From the human T2T-CHM13v2.0 reference genome, Homo sapiens, in assembly GCF_009914755.1 (NCBI RefSeq), contig NC_060929.1: a stretch of DNA of 64,000 nt. One strand, 5' to 3'. This document shows, one piece after another, positions 14,950 to 27,210 of this stretch. A model generated the notes under the pieces. The model searched no databases. It was not told the DNA's origin and saw only the letters and a program-made list of their open reading frames with translations. Each line of letters begins with the position of its first letter. The stretch's first letter is position 1. Position numbers and translations under genes: made by a program.

Positions 14950-15466
14950 GATAGATAAAGAGGGGATTTATTAGGTAAATTGGTTCACGTGATTATGGCG
15001 GCTGAGACGTCCCACAACACACTGTCCACAAGCTGGGGAACCAGAGAAGTTGGTAACGTGGCTCAGTCCAAGTCCAAAATCCTCAAAATCAGAGAATCTG
15101 ATATGTAACTCTCAGTCTGAGGCCAAAGGCCTGAGAACCTGGGAGAGGGAGGGGAATTGGTGCAAGTCCAAGAGTCCAAAGGCCAGAAAGCTGGAGTTCT
15201 ATTGTCCAAGGGCAGGATCCTGAAGAAGGTATCTCAACTCCAAGAGAAAGAAAATTTCCCTTTTTTTTTTGTTTGTTTTATCTTGCCTCCAGCTGATTGG
15301 ATGGTGCCCACCCACATTGAAAGTAGGCCTTTCCTACTCAGTCCACTGACTCACACACCAATCTCTCCCAGGAGCACCCTCATAGACATACCCAGAAATA
15401 ATGCTTTATAAGCTATTCAGGTATCCCTTAATCCAGTCAAGTCGACATGTAAAATTTGCCAGTACA
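14841..15466 (-). mobile_element. ERVL solo LTR, MLT2B-like
   Basis: TGTATTAGTCAGGGTTCTCC...CTCAGTCTGAGGCCAAAGGCCTGAGAAC...AATCCAGTCAAGT...AGTACA, with near-perfect 5-bp TSD CTACC/GTACC. Confidence 0.9.
14880..14957. repeat. (GATA)n tetranucleotide STR inside the MLT2 LTR
   Basis: About 10 uninterrupted ATAG units at 14908-14949, plus interrupted flanking units. Confidence 0.95.
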
Positions 15467-15889
15467 GTACCTAATATTGTTATATCTCTATTGACTTTTT
15501 TATAACATTGAATTTATAATTTATTCAGAAAATTGTTGTTAAACTAAAATATGTCAGCCATTGAATAAAGCATAATAAAGTTAATTATAAATTGAATAAA
15601 TACTCCAATGAAAAGAAAACAATTTTCAACTTGAATAATGAAAACCAAACTTTAAACTTTTTTAAAGAAACACATTTAAATATAAAGATACTGAAATGTG
15701 ATCAAAGATGAAATAATGAAAAAGGATGCAATACATTTATTGGTTAGAGTCTAAAAGCAATAGGAAATGACCCAATATAATCACAAATTTAATATTAAAA
15801 ATTCTTAACTAGGTATAAGCCTATTAATTGGTTAATTTGATAAAACAAACAGTGAACAAAGATGTATCCCAGAATTGGTAGCTGCTAGA

Positions 15890-16345
15890 AGGATCAAATC
15901 TCTGCACCTTTCATGATAGAAAGATTCAAACATGATAAGCCCACCATCACATGACAGTCTGATCTCCCTGAAAAATGGGGGCCCAGGATTTTTATCTGCT
16001 TTGAATGGATTAATCAAGAGGTGGCAGTTAGCTTTGGTGAGGAAAAATACAGTTTCAGCCCTTGCATCCTTATTAACATGACCACTTTTTACATAGGCAT
16101 ATTGAGTGAGCCCAACATAATTGGAGAAACAGGGTGTTGTTCTGCCATATAATGAGTCATTTTATTCACCTGATTATTCATCATTCACAAGAGACACAAA
16201 TATGTATACATTAATTCTATTCTGAGAGGTCTACCCACATACCGTTTTCCCACAGCTCTTTGCTGTATATCTTTTAAACTTATTCTTTCCAATAAACAGA
16301 TCATCCAATGGTTCAAGAATTAGTGTACATCCATAATTGGGGCCG
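15890..16345 (-). pseudogene. Degenerate ERVL-type pol relic (RNase H C-terminus and integrase N-terminus)
   Basis: Minus-strand translation fragments LWMYTNS, WKE..KIYSKELWENGMWVDLSE, NNQVNKMTH, YAYVKSGH, LTKAN and GDQTVM*WW parallel the ERVL Pol motifs YTDSW, WKIGDKEVWGRGMWIDLSE, NNQVDRMT, WAHEQSGH, LTKAD and GDQPATWW. Confidence 0.7.
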
Positions 16346-17649
16346 TCTTTTGGTTTAGGTAAATGATATTTTTGTGTGTGTTCATTATTATATTATTAAA
16401 TAAAAAATAAAATTTAGAAGGGTCCTTTAATAAATTGTATAATGGACCAAGTATTATGATTAATCTGGTTTCATCAACTTAAGGTACAATATAGGAATTT
16501 AAGAAAAAAAACTATCTGTAAAGAGGTTTGTCTGTAAAGAGGACATCGTTAAAAATATGCTTTTGTTCAAACAATAATTTAGCTTGCAAGCATCAGAATG
16601 ATAATTATATTTTAAAATGTTGCCTTAGCTCATTGCTTTTGTTTTACAACCGCTGTCATTTCAGTCAGACTTCAAAATCTCTAAGAAACAAGATGATTAA
16701 TGTAAATCAAGTGCCCACTGATTTGAAGAGATTTTTTTAGACCATAAGCTGTGTTTTTTCAATAGTGTTTTTTTTCTTCAGAATGTCATGAGCATAATTG
16801 TTTGAAATTTTTGGCTGATGCCAAATTGTAAAAAGAAAAAGAGAAGAGTCTTGCTCTCTAACAAGAGGATGTGAGCTGTAGAGGGCGAGGTGACTTTGCA
16901 GACAATGGGTAGACCTTTCAACCTGCCAAATGATCAACAACTTACAACTTCATTGGGTCAGAACCCCATAGCTGAACTCAGTGACTATCTCTTTCCTTGC
17001 AGCCATTCATGAAATGCTTTATGACAGCTTGTTTTCATTACTGAACATTGATTTAGGCCATTTTCTTTAAAAATGTAATAATCTTGGAACTTATTCATAA
17101 AGAGCTTTCAAAGGGCCCTGAATACAAATGAATCTTCAATTAATGCTACAGGCTTTGATTCAAAACTTTATTATAAAATGAATAGCATTCAGTAATCATG
17201 CAAATTTATGTGAAATTTCTTATTTTTTTCTGGCTTTTAAGTTCTCAGCAATTGTTATGTTTTCCTAAACTTTCCTTAAATTAAAAACAAGTTGAATATT
17301 CCCTGACCCATCAGTAAAATAATAATGAAAGTTGTCATAAAGAACAACACAGGGTAAGAGGACAAGTTATTATTGCTGGCCCCACTTTTCTGTAAGTGGA
17401 TTACAAAACAGAATTTTTAATTTGTTTTGTATGATTTTACATATTGGAAGGTCCTAGTAGAAAGTCTTACTTAATATTTAGTCTGAGGAACTGCTCATTT
17501 TTAATATCTGTATTTGAGTTGACATAGCAAATTATAAAGAAACACAGCTTTGTCTTAACATCTAAGAAGAAAAAGTTTGCAAAAATTGTTGATAAATTGT
17601 TTTTAACTGCATAGTTCTAAGAAGTCTGTTTTATATTTGTGATCACTTA

Positions 17650-19100
17650 AAGTTATTTTACGTGTTCATGGGACATTTGGATATCCTTATCGTTGTGGAG
17701 TGCTTGTTCAGAAACTATGTTCTTTTTCCATAGGGCTGATCGATGTCATTTTCTCATTATTCATAAGAACTATTTAAAGTACATAAATTGCTATGGGTAT
17801 AAATTGCTCTTCGATGCATACATACATAGGTGATATGAAACCTGCTATATATAAATTCATATACGTATAATCAGTCATATTCATTAAGTTGTCTCCTATT
17901 TTAGTCTTTTTATGGTGAATTTTGATAAAGTTCTTAGTTCTAAAGTAGTTCAGATTACCAGGCTCTACGTGTAATGAAAACACTTTCTCACCTTTGTGGT
18001 CTGTTTAAGAAACTCGAAGCAATAAGAATATTTTTCTATAGCTTTTTCAAAAAGCTTTATTGTCTCACTATGTACATTTTGAATTATCATCCATATAAGA
18101 CATTGTCTCCATACGACGAGGTAGAGGTCAGAATTTTTTTTCTTGGATACTCAATCTTTCCAGCATCATTAATCAAACAGAAACTTGCCATGTATTATAA
18201 CTTTCATTATTAATTGAATATTTTTAAACGTGTGGAATTTTATTTTAAGTCTCTATTCTGCTCCACTATTATTGCACTAGAATTAGATTGCTAATATTCA
18301 TTTATGTTTACATTATTACATATGAATAACAAATTTTCTTTTATTTTAAAGTTTATGCTTTTGAATGATGAATGTGGAATTCTCATTAAATGATTTAAAG
18401 TGTTTTCTATTATTGTATTCCTTGCAAGAATTGATACATGATTTTTTTTTTTTTGGTCTTTCTTAGATGCTTGGAAGGAATTCAAGAGTCTGTAAGATCT
18501 TTGAAATACTTTTTAGAAATTGCGCAAATACAAATTTATATTTTTTAACAAATATGGAAATTTCAAGGTTTTCCACTATTTTTGTGCAATCGTCAGTAGT
18601 TGTTCTTGTCTAACAATTCTGTCATTGAATCTGTATTTCAAAATATACAGGCACAATTTTTTATAATAACTTGATTGCATGTTTAAATCTTTAAGATCTA
18701 CAGTGACATTCCCCTTTTTTTCTGTTCACTATAAGTTATCACCTTTTACTAAATACTGTTGCTAAGTATGTATTATTTTCATGAGGCTTTTGAGAGATCT
18801 GAATTTTTATTTTATTGATTCTTTGCAATATATATTTATTTTCCATTTTACTAATTTCTGATATTCTATTTTTTGCTTTTATATTGATTCACTTTGCATT
18901 TAATCTGTGATTCCTCTTCAAACTTCTTTGGAGAGATTCATTTATTTCATCACATTTTTCTCATTTTGCATGTGGATTTATGACTATACATTTTCTTTAA
19001 GTTTAATTTTAGCTTAAAATCATATATTGAGAATTCTCATTTTGTTTGTTTCATATTTTTCTCATTGGATTATTTATTTGATTTGTGTTACTTACAGAAT
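17650..19100 (-). mobile_element. Old L1M (mammalian-wide) ORF2 fragments
   Basis: T-rich degenerate antisense L1 motifs, e.g. TTGGATACTCAATCTTTCCAGCATCATTAATCAAA and TCTCTATTCTGCTCCACT. Confidence 0.55.
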
Positions 19101-19699
19101 TATTACCAGGTTTCCAGAAGTGATTTTTTATTCATCATTTTGTTATTAATCTCTCAGAAGGAGTTTTATGACTCATTCTTTATTCTCTTAGTTATAATAA
19201 GACACACAATTCTCTTCCTGTTCTTTTACATAAAAGATGTAAAAGTAAGAAAATAATAATTTATATTTTAAATATAAAATAAATATTTGATTATATAAAA
19301 TCCCCAAAATTACAAATATTAAACAATTCTTCCAAAATCTTATCTCAGAGGACTTTCAAATTTTCAGGTGATTTTTTTTTTACAAAAATGTTTAAGTAAA
19401 ATTAAATCTTAATTACTTTAGATTAATTACAATAAAAATAAATATAAAAGCACCTCCACTTTGGCTCAAATATCAGATATCTTAGTTGGTATAAATTTAA
19501 AACTCTTTCTTCAATAGTCATTACGTTCATATTTTATTGATTATAAAACTTATACAACAGAAGACCTTTACATTCATCATCTTGGGAAAATAGTGCAGTG
19601 TTATACTTAATTTAATTGTTAAAATGCTTGAAGATTTATTTTTAGTAGCTCTTATCAACCATCATGAATCAATCATAATAAATTAGAATTAACTTACCA

Positions 19700-20415
<716 letters not shown>

Positions 20416-20564
20416 GTTTTCTTTCTTATTATTAGTTATTATGCCCTACCATCCATAGTAGGGATGCTGAAATTAGACAAAGTCTATAAAATGCTATTAT
20501 TAACATGATTACTGCACTAATGTGTGTAAAAAAAAGCTTAGTTTTAAGAGAAATATCTATCATT

Positions 20565-20860
20565 TTATTTTTTATTTAAAAGCAATTATTTTATGGTAAA
20601 TTGATGATTTATAACTGTATAAATATATGGGGTACAAAGTGATGTTATGATTTATAAATATAATGTGGAATAATTAAAGTCAACACATCTGTAACCTCAA
20701 ATATTTAACAATTTTTTGCAATAAGAACATTGAAATTTACCACTCTTAGCAATTTTTAAATGTACAATATTATTACTAACTATATTCACCACGCTGTGCA
20801 ACATAACTCAAAAATATATGCACTTTCTGCCTGAGGTTTTGTATTGACCATCATCTCAAT
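20565..20860 (-). mobile_element. L1MA-type 3' end fragment
   Basis: GGGGTACAAAGTGATGTTATGA...AAATTTACCACTCTTAGCAATTTT...ACTATATTCACCACGCTGTGCAA. Confidence 0.75.
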
Positions 20861-21120
20861 ACATTTTGAAGCAAAAATAACAATGTATTTGAAGTTTCTA
20901 ACACACGCAAAGTATTATCTAACAGCTAGAGTATAACTGACAGAGAAGAGAAATAAAAGACCCTTGTTTTATTGTCTTATATTAAGTTAGGAAAATATTA
21001 ATTGAAGGTATGGTAAGATAAATATGTAAATGTTAAATTATAGGTTAAAAATGAAGAAATAAATTACATATTGTGAGGTAGTAAAAAATGTAATAGAAAA
21101 AATTAAATGGAATCCTAAAG

Positions 21121-21180
21121 ATATATATATATATATACACATATATATATATATATATCCTAAATATATATATATATATA
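21121..21180. repeat. (TA)n microsatellite
   Basis: Interrupted TA run. Confidence 0.9.
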
Positions 21181-21563
21181 TTTTATGGGTAAAACTATAT
21201 CCCTCCAAAATTTATATGTTGATGTTGTAACCCTCACTACCTCAGAATGTGACTGTATTTGGAGATAGATTATTTAAAAAGGTAAGTAAATTTAAATAAT
21301 GTCATTATAGTGGGCCCTAATCCAATATGACTGATATCCACGTAAGTAAAAATAAGAATACAAACATGCCCAGAGGTAAGATCATGTGAAGACACAAGGA
21401 GAAGATGGATGTCTACAAGCCAAAGAGAGAGGCCTCAGAAGAAACCAGTGCTGCTGACACCCTGATCTCAGACTTCTATCCTCCAAGACTAGAAGTAAAT
21501 TTCTGCTGTTTATGCCACCTAGTCTATGGTACTCTGTTATGGCTGCCATAGCAAACTAATACA
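21181..21563 (+). mobile_element. MaLR solo LTR, MLT1B-like
   Basis: CTCAGAATGTGACTGTATTTGGAGATAG...GGGCCCTAATCCAATATGACTG...GAGAGGCCTCAGAAGAAACC...GCAAACTAATACA. Confidence 0.9.
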
Positions 21564-22097
21564 GTATTCATTCAAAAAAAGTCAGGAGGAGAGGGAAAAA
21601 TAGAAAAAGAATGGATGGTTACACTGAATAATAATAGCAATAAGGTCAAATAAATAATATCAATATTTACATTACTTATAAATGTAGTAAACACTAATTG
21701 GAAAGCAAAGATTTTTAAATTGGAGAAAAATGAACACCCCAAAATGTGTGGTTTTCAAGAACACCACATTAATTAAAAATACACATATTTAAACATAAAA
21801 TAATGGAAAATATATATTGTACATAATCATAAATAAGCTGGAGTGCCAACATATTATAAAAAATACATTTTAGCTTTTTCCAAATTACACAGGATTTGAG
21901 AGGCAGTCATGTTAAGTGGGTGAATTCATCAAGAAAATCAACAACACTAAATATTCAAGCACTTAGACTTATAAATACAGAAACAAAAACTAATAAAATT
22001 GTTTGAAGGAATGGAAAAATTCACACAGCTAGCTGGAAATTTTAATTGTCCCCCCTCAATAATGGATAAAACAAATGGATCAAAAATTAATATATGT

Positions 22098-22400
22098 AGC
22101 TGAGCTTGGTGGCTCAGGCTTATAATCCCAGTGCTTTCGGAGGAAGGCTGGGATAGGAGGGTCTCTTAGGGTCAGGCATTTGAGACTAACCTAGGCAACA
22201 TAGCGAGATATTGTCTCTACAAAAATTTTTTAAAATTCTCTCGGCATGATGTTGCCTGCCTGTGTCCTAGCCACACCTGAGGCTGAGATGGGGGACAGCC
22301 TGACCCCAGGAGTTTGAGGCTGCAGTGAGCTGTGATTGTGCCATTACACATCAGCTTGAGTGACGGGGTGAGACTCTGCTGTGAAACAAACAAACAAACA
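22098..22400 (+). mobile_element. AluJ
   Basis: J-type GGCAACATAGCGAGA and AGGAGTTTGAGGCTGCAGTGAGCTGTGAT, (CAAA)n tail, degenerate TSD AAAATTAATATATGT/AAAATTAGTATAGGT. Confidence 0.9.
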
Positions 22401-22900
22401 AAATTAGTATAGGTATAGAAATCTTGAACAACATTTTAAAATAACATGACCTAATTGACATTTGTAGAATATTCCACCCAATGATATCAGAATAAGCAAA
22501 CTTTTTTAAGAAAACAAATGATATTTACCAAGACTAGACTATATGATGTTCAATAAAATAAGCTTCATTAAATTTTTTTAACTTGAAATAATGTAAAGTA
22601 TATTCTTTTCCAACAATATTCTATGACAGAATAATTAAAAATTAATTACCACAAGATATCTGGGATAAATCTTAAATAGTTTGATATTAAATAAGACATG
22701 TTTAATCCAAAGTTAAAGAAGAAATTACAAAATAAATTAGAATGTATATTGAACTAAATATAAATGAAAAAACATCAAAATTTAAGTCATAGAAAAGAAT
22801 GGTCCCCAAACAATAACCTAAATTTTTGCCTTCAGGCACTACAAAAGCAAGAGCAAATTAAAGCACTCTACATAAAAGGAAGCAAACTAAAGCACTCTAC

Positions 22901-22906
<6 letters not shown>

Positions 22907-22950
<44 letters not shown>
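22907..22950. repeat. (TG)n microsatellite
   Basis: Perfect TG run of about 22 units. Confidence 0.95.
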
Positions 22951-22957
<7 letters not shown>

Positions 22958-22974
22958 ATTTATTCTATATTTAT

Positions 22975-23390
22975 ATATTTTTATATATAATTTATTCTAA
23001 AAGAAAACGAGGTACATGTGCACAACGTGCAGGTGTGTTATATAGGTATACGTGTGTCATGGTGGTTTGCTGCACCTATTGACCTGCCCTCTAAGTTCTC
23101 TTCTCTCAGCCCCATCCCCCAACAGGCCCTGGTGTGTGTTGTTCCCCTCTCTGTGTCCGTGTTTTCATTGTTCAACTCCCACTTATTAGTGAGACCACGT
23201 GGTATTTGGTTTTCTGTTCCTAAAGGACATGATCTCATTTATTTTTATGGCTGCATAGTATTCCATGATGTATATGTACCACATTTTCTTTATCCAGTCT
23301 ATCATTATGGGCATTTGGGTTGGTTCCATGTCTTTGCTATTGTAAATAGTGCTGCAATAGATATCCGTGTGCATATGTCTTTATAGTAGA
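22975..23390 (-). mobile_element. L1PA (L1PA8-like) 3' end, non-inverted part of a 5'-inverted L1
   Basis: GTACATGTGCACAACGTGCAGG...GGTTTGCTGCACCTATTGACC...GCATATGTCTTTATAGTAGA. The ORF-track peptide DWIKKMWYIYIMEYYAAIK is L1 ORF2 C-terminal. Confidence 0.9.
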
Positions 23391-23741
23391 CTTCATGACA
23401 AAAACACCAAAAGCAACTGCAACAAAAGCCAAAATTGACAAATGGGATCAAATTAAACTAAAGAGCTTTTGCTTAGCAAAAGGAACTATCATCAGTGTGA
23501 ACAGGCACCCTACTGAGTGGGAGTAAATTTTTGCAATCTACCCATCTGACAAAGGTCCGATATCCAAAATTTACAAGGAACTTAAACAAATTTACAAGAA
23601 AAAAAAACCCTATCAAAAAGTGCGCAAAGCATATGAACAGACACTTCTCAAAAGAGGGCATTTATGCGACCAACAAACACATGAAAAAGAGCTCAACATC
23701 GCTGATCATCAGAGCCTATTAAAACTAAAATGAGATACCAT
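23388..23741 (+). mobile_element. Inverted 5' segment of the same L1PA
   Basis: AGACTTCATGACAAAAACACCAAAAGCAA...AAACTAAAGAGC...ACAGACACTTCTCAAAAGA...TGAGATACCAT in sense orientation. Confidence 0.9.
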
Positions 23742-24674
23742 AGTATGAAAGAAGGAACGTTCTTACAATCCTTACACATTAACAGGTTAATGAGAAAATA
23801 TGAACAATTTAATCTAATAGACTTAACAACATTGAAGAAACTGACAAGTTTATTCAAAAGTTGAGACTTTTAAAAAATGGCTATAGAATAGACAATCTCA
23901 AAAACCTATATCTATTATAGACTTTAAATGTTTATTTAAAATTATTCCCACAAAAAAAAGCAGTAGCCATTGATGTATTTGCTTGTGAATTTTGTCGAAT
24001 ACTTAAGAAAGAAATGATACTCATGTAACACAAACTCTTCAATAATATAGGGGACATTAAAAACCCTCCCAGATCATTTTATGAGGCAAGTGTTTCACTT
24101 ATATCAAACGTAGACTAAGAAATACAAAGTAGAAAAAAAAATAAAGTCCTGCCAAAAAGCCTTTACAGAATTTTAGCAAATGAAATTCAGTTATATATGT
24201 AATTGAAGAAAATGGTGATTAAGTAGAGTGTATCCCAGGAATGCAAGTTGCTTTAATATTAAAAATCAATTAATGTGTCTTATGCCAGAATGGCTATCAC
24301 AAAAAGTCAAACAGTAACCGATATCGGCGAAGATAAAAGGAAAACTGAATACTTACACACTGTTGGTGGGCCTGTAAGTTAGTACGACCTCTATAGAAAA
24401 CAGTATGGAGATTTCTTAAAAAACTGAAAATAGAATTATCCTTCCATCCTGCAATTTCACTAGTGGTGTCTATTCAAAAGAAAAGAAATTGTTACATTAA
24501 AAATATACTGCACTCATATGTGTATCACAGCTCATATGCTATATTAAAAACATACCACACTCATATGTTTATCATGTTTATGTTTTGCTTCACAATAGCA
24601 AAGATTTAGAATTAGTCTTTAATTCTAAGTGTCCATCAATGCGTAAAAAGATAAAGAATATATGGCATATATAT

Positions 24675-24757
24675 TTAGTTTGGTGTAAGAGTAATTGCGG
24701 TTTTTGCCATTACTTTTAATGTTATGGCAAACCACAATTACTTTTGCACCAACCTTA
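24675..24757. mobile_element. MADE1 (Hsmar1-derived mariner MITE)
   Basis: TTAGTTTGGTGTAAGAGTAATTGCGGTTTTTGCCATTA...ATGGCAAACCACAATTACTTTTGCACCAACCTTA, a palindromic TIR pair in TA-rich context. Confidence 0.92.
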
Positions 24758-25021
24758 TATATTCTATTATATATGTATTCTATTATACATGTATGTATAT
24801 AATTGAACACTATTCAACTATAAAGAAGAAAAAATTGCTGCAACATGGATGAGACTGGATGCCATTATCGTAAGGGAAACAACTCAAACGGACACCTCAT
24901 GCTCTCACAAGTGAAAGCTAAATAATGCATGCACATGGACAAAATGAGGAGTAATAAATGCTGGAGACTAAGAAGGCTGGGAGAGTGCGGAGGGGAAGAG
25001 GGATAAGAATTACTTAAAGGT

Positions 25022-25337
<316 letters not shown>

Positions 25338-26559
25338 AGAATTACTTAATGGGTTCACTGTACCTTATTTGGGTGATGGTTACACTAAAACACTGGGCTT
25401 TATCATTTTGCAATATATTCATGTAACAACAGCAATTATACGCCTAAAATTTATACAAATAAAAGAAAAGAGAAAAATTAATGAAGACAGTTCAACATAT
25501 TAATATAATAAATGAGAAAAAATTCTTAGAATGATCTAATTATAAGTAGACATAATAACTAAATTCAGCATCTGATCATGATGCTAAATCCTAGCCAATA
25601 ATGGAGTGGAACTTCCTAAAGCTATTTAGAATGCTATAAAAAGCTAGGAGCTAACATTAAACTTACTAGTGAAAGATCGACTAGTTTCTCCTGAGATCAA
25701 GAAAAATACAAAGTAATAGCTATCATTACCTATGTTCTATATATTATTGAAGATCTTGGCTATTGCAGTAAGTCAAATAAAGTAAATAAAAGCAGTACAT
25801 ATTGGAAAGAAGAATTATATGATCGTGCATGTAGAAAATCTTAAAAAAAGCAGAACTTGTAAGTAATTGTAGCAAAGTTACAAGTTAACACATTATTATA
25901 TAAAATTCACTTATTTCTCTACAATAAAAGTAAAAAGTTGGAAAATAAAATTAAAACAATGCAATGTAGGGAAATATTTGAAAAATATAATACTTTAGGA
26001 TAAATATAACCAAATATGTGCAATAAATGAATATTGAAAATTAAGAAGCATTACTGAATAAAGTTAAAGAATATCTAGATTAAGGAAAAGTTTATATAAA
26101 TACCATAGTTATGAAATCAAGTCAGTATAAATAAAATGTCAGTATTCCCTACATTAATCTATAAATTTCATGCAATCCTAATCAAAATTCTAGCAGGCCA
26201 GTTTTTAAAAATTCTATACCATGAACAAGTTAAATAGATACCAAATTAACTGTTTTTGTGTCCATTTTGACCTCATTAAACAAAATAAAATTGCTAAAAA
26301 ATCTTAATTATCAAGACCTATTTCTTATTAACTCCTCTGAGGATGGCACGTGCAATTAGCCAAGTTCTACTGCTTGTGTTAAAGCAAATCTGGGCTAGTT
26401 CATAAAAGCATTTGTGAAAGGACAATTAACAACCTTAACTTTCCTTCTCAGCTAGAGCTGCACAACATGCTCTACATAGTGTGTTTATTAAATGATGCTT
26501 TGACTTTATTAGTAAAAAACAAGAAAAAATCTATCGAGAATTAAAATATATTCCAAGGG

Positions 26560-27210
26560 AGTTCAGTCACATCACTACTGATGCCAGCCCCATGTAATGG
26601 AAGAGAAGCTCGCTGAATTACATGGACATTCTGTCTTAGGATGAGAGGAGGAAGTTGCTTCTAGTTTGTTCATTGGCCACTGTGAGAACCCAGGCATTGC
26701 GGTTTCCTAGTTGGATAATCTACAGGTATGTGGTAGGAAAGAGCAGCCGCTGAAACACCCACCCTTTCGCCTCCATATATCCGCCTGGGATGGAAGCCAT
26801 GGAGGCCCAGTGATTCTCTCTCAGATCTGCCCTGTTCCAATCCTTTTATTATATGGTATGGACCCTACGTGTCTTACTTGATGAGGTCCTTCTCAGCTTC
26901 TCTGCCCTGCCCCAGCCTTTGACGATCTGCGACCTTGCGTCACATGATAAACACCTGGTCACCTGTGAATGGGCTTCTCCAAGCCCTCCTGTCCTGCCTT
27001 CTGCCTGTGGTGCGCAGAAGCCACACACCGCTGAAAGCTCTGGGAAAGAACTGGCAGGTGGACTTGGACATGCTATATGTACCGGTCTCAGAATCTCACC
27101 CTTCACAACAAGCTATTTGTGGCTTTAAAAAGGGCACTAACGTGTTTGCCCCTCTGCTCACCCAGTGACCACAGTGATGAAAGTTGCCACAGATTTCTGT
27201 TCGAGAATCT
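26560..27210. promoter_or_regulatory. Candidate enhancer or regulatory island (unverified)
   Basis: Visibly GC-richer stretch without a repeat I recognise, retaining CpGs, with clustered TGCGTCA, TCACATGA, CACCTG x2 and CAGGTG. Confidence 0.3.

Noticed and set aside
26849-27168. Three overlapping ORFs as a possible processed pseudogene
   Set aside because: No recognisable protein, poly(A) tail or TSD. Higher GC alone explains the longer frames.
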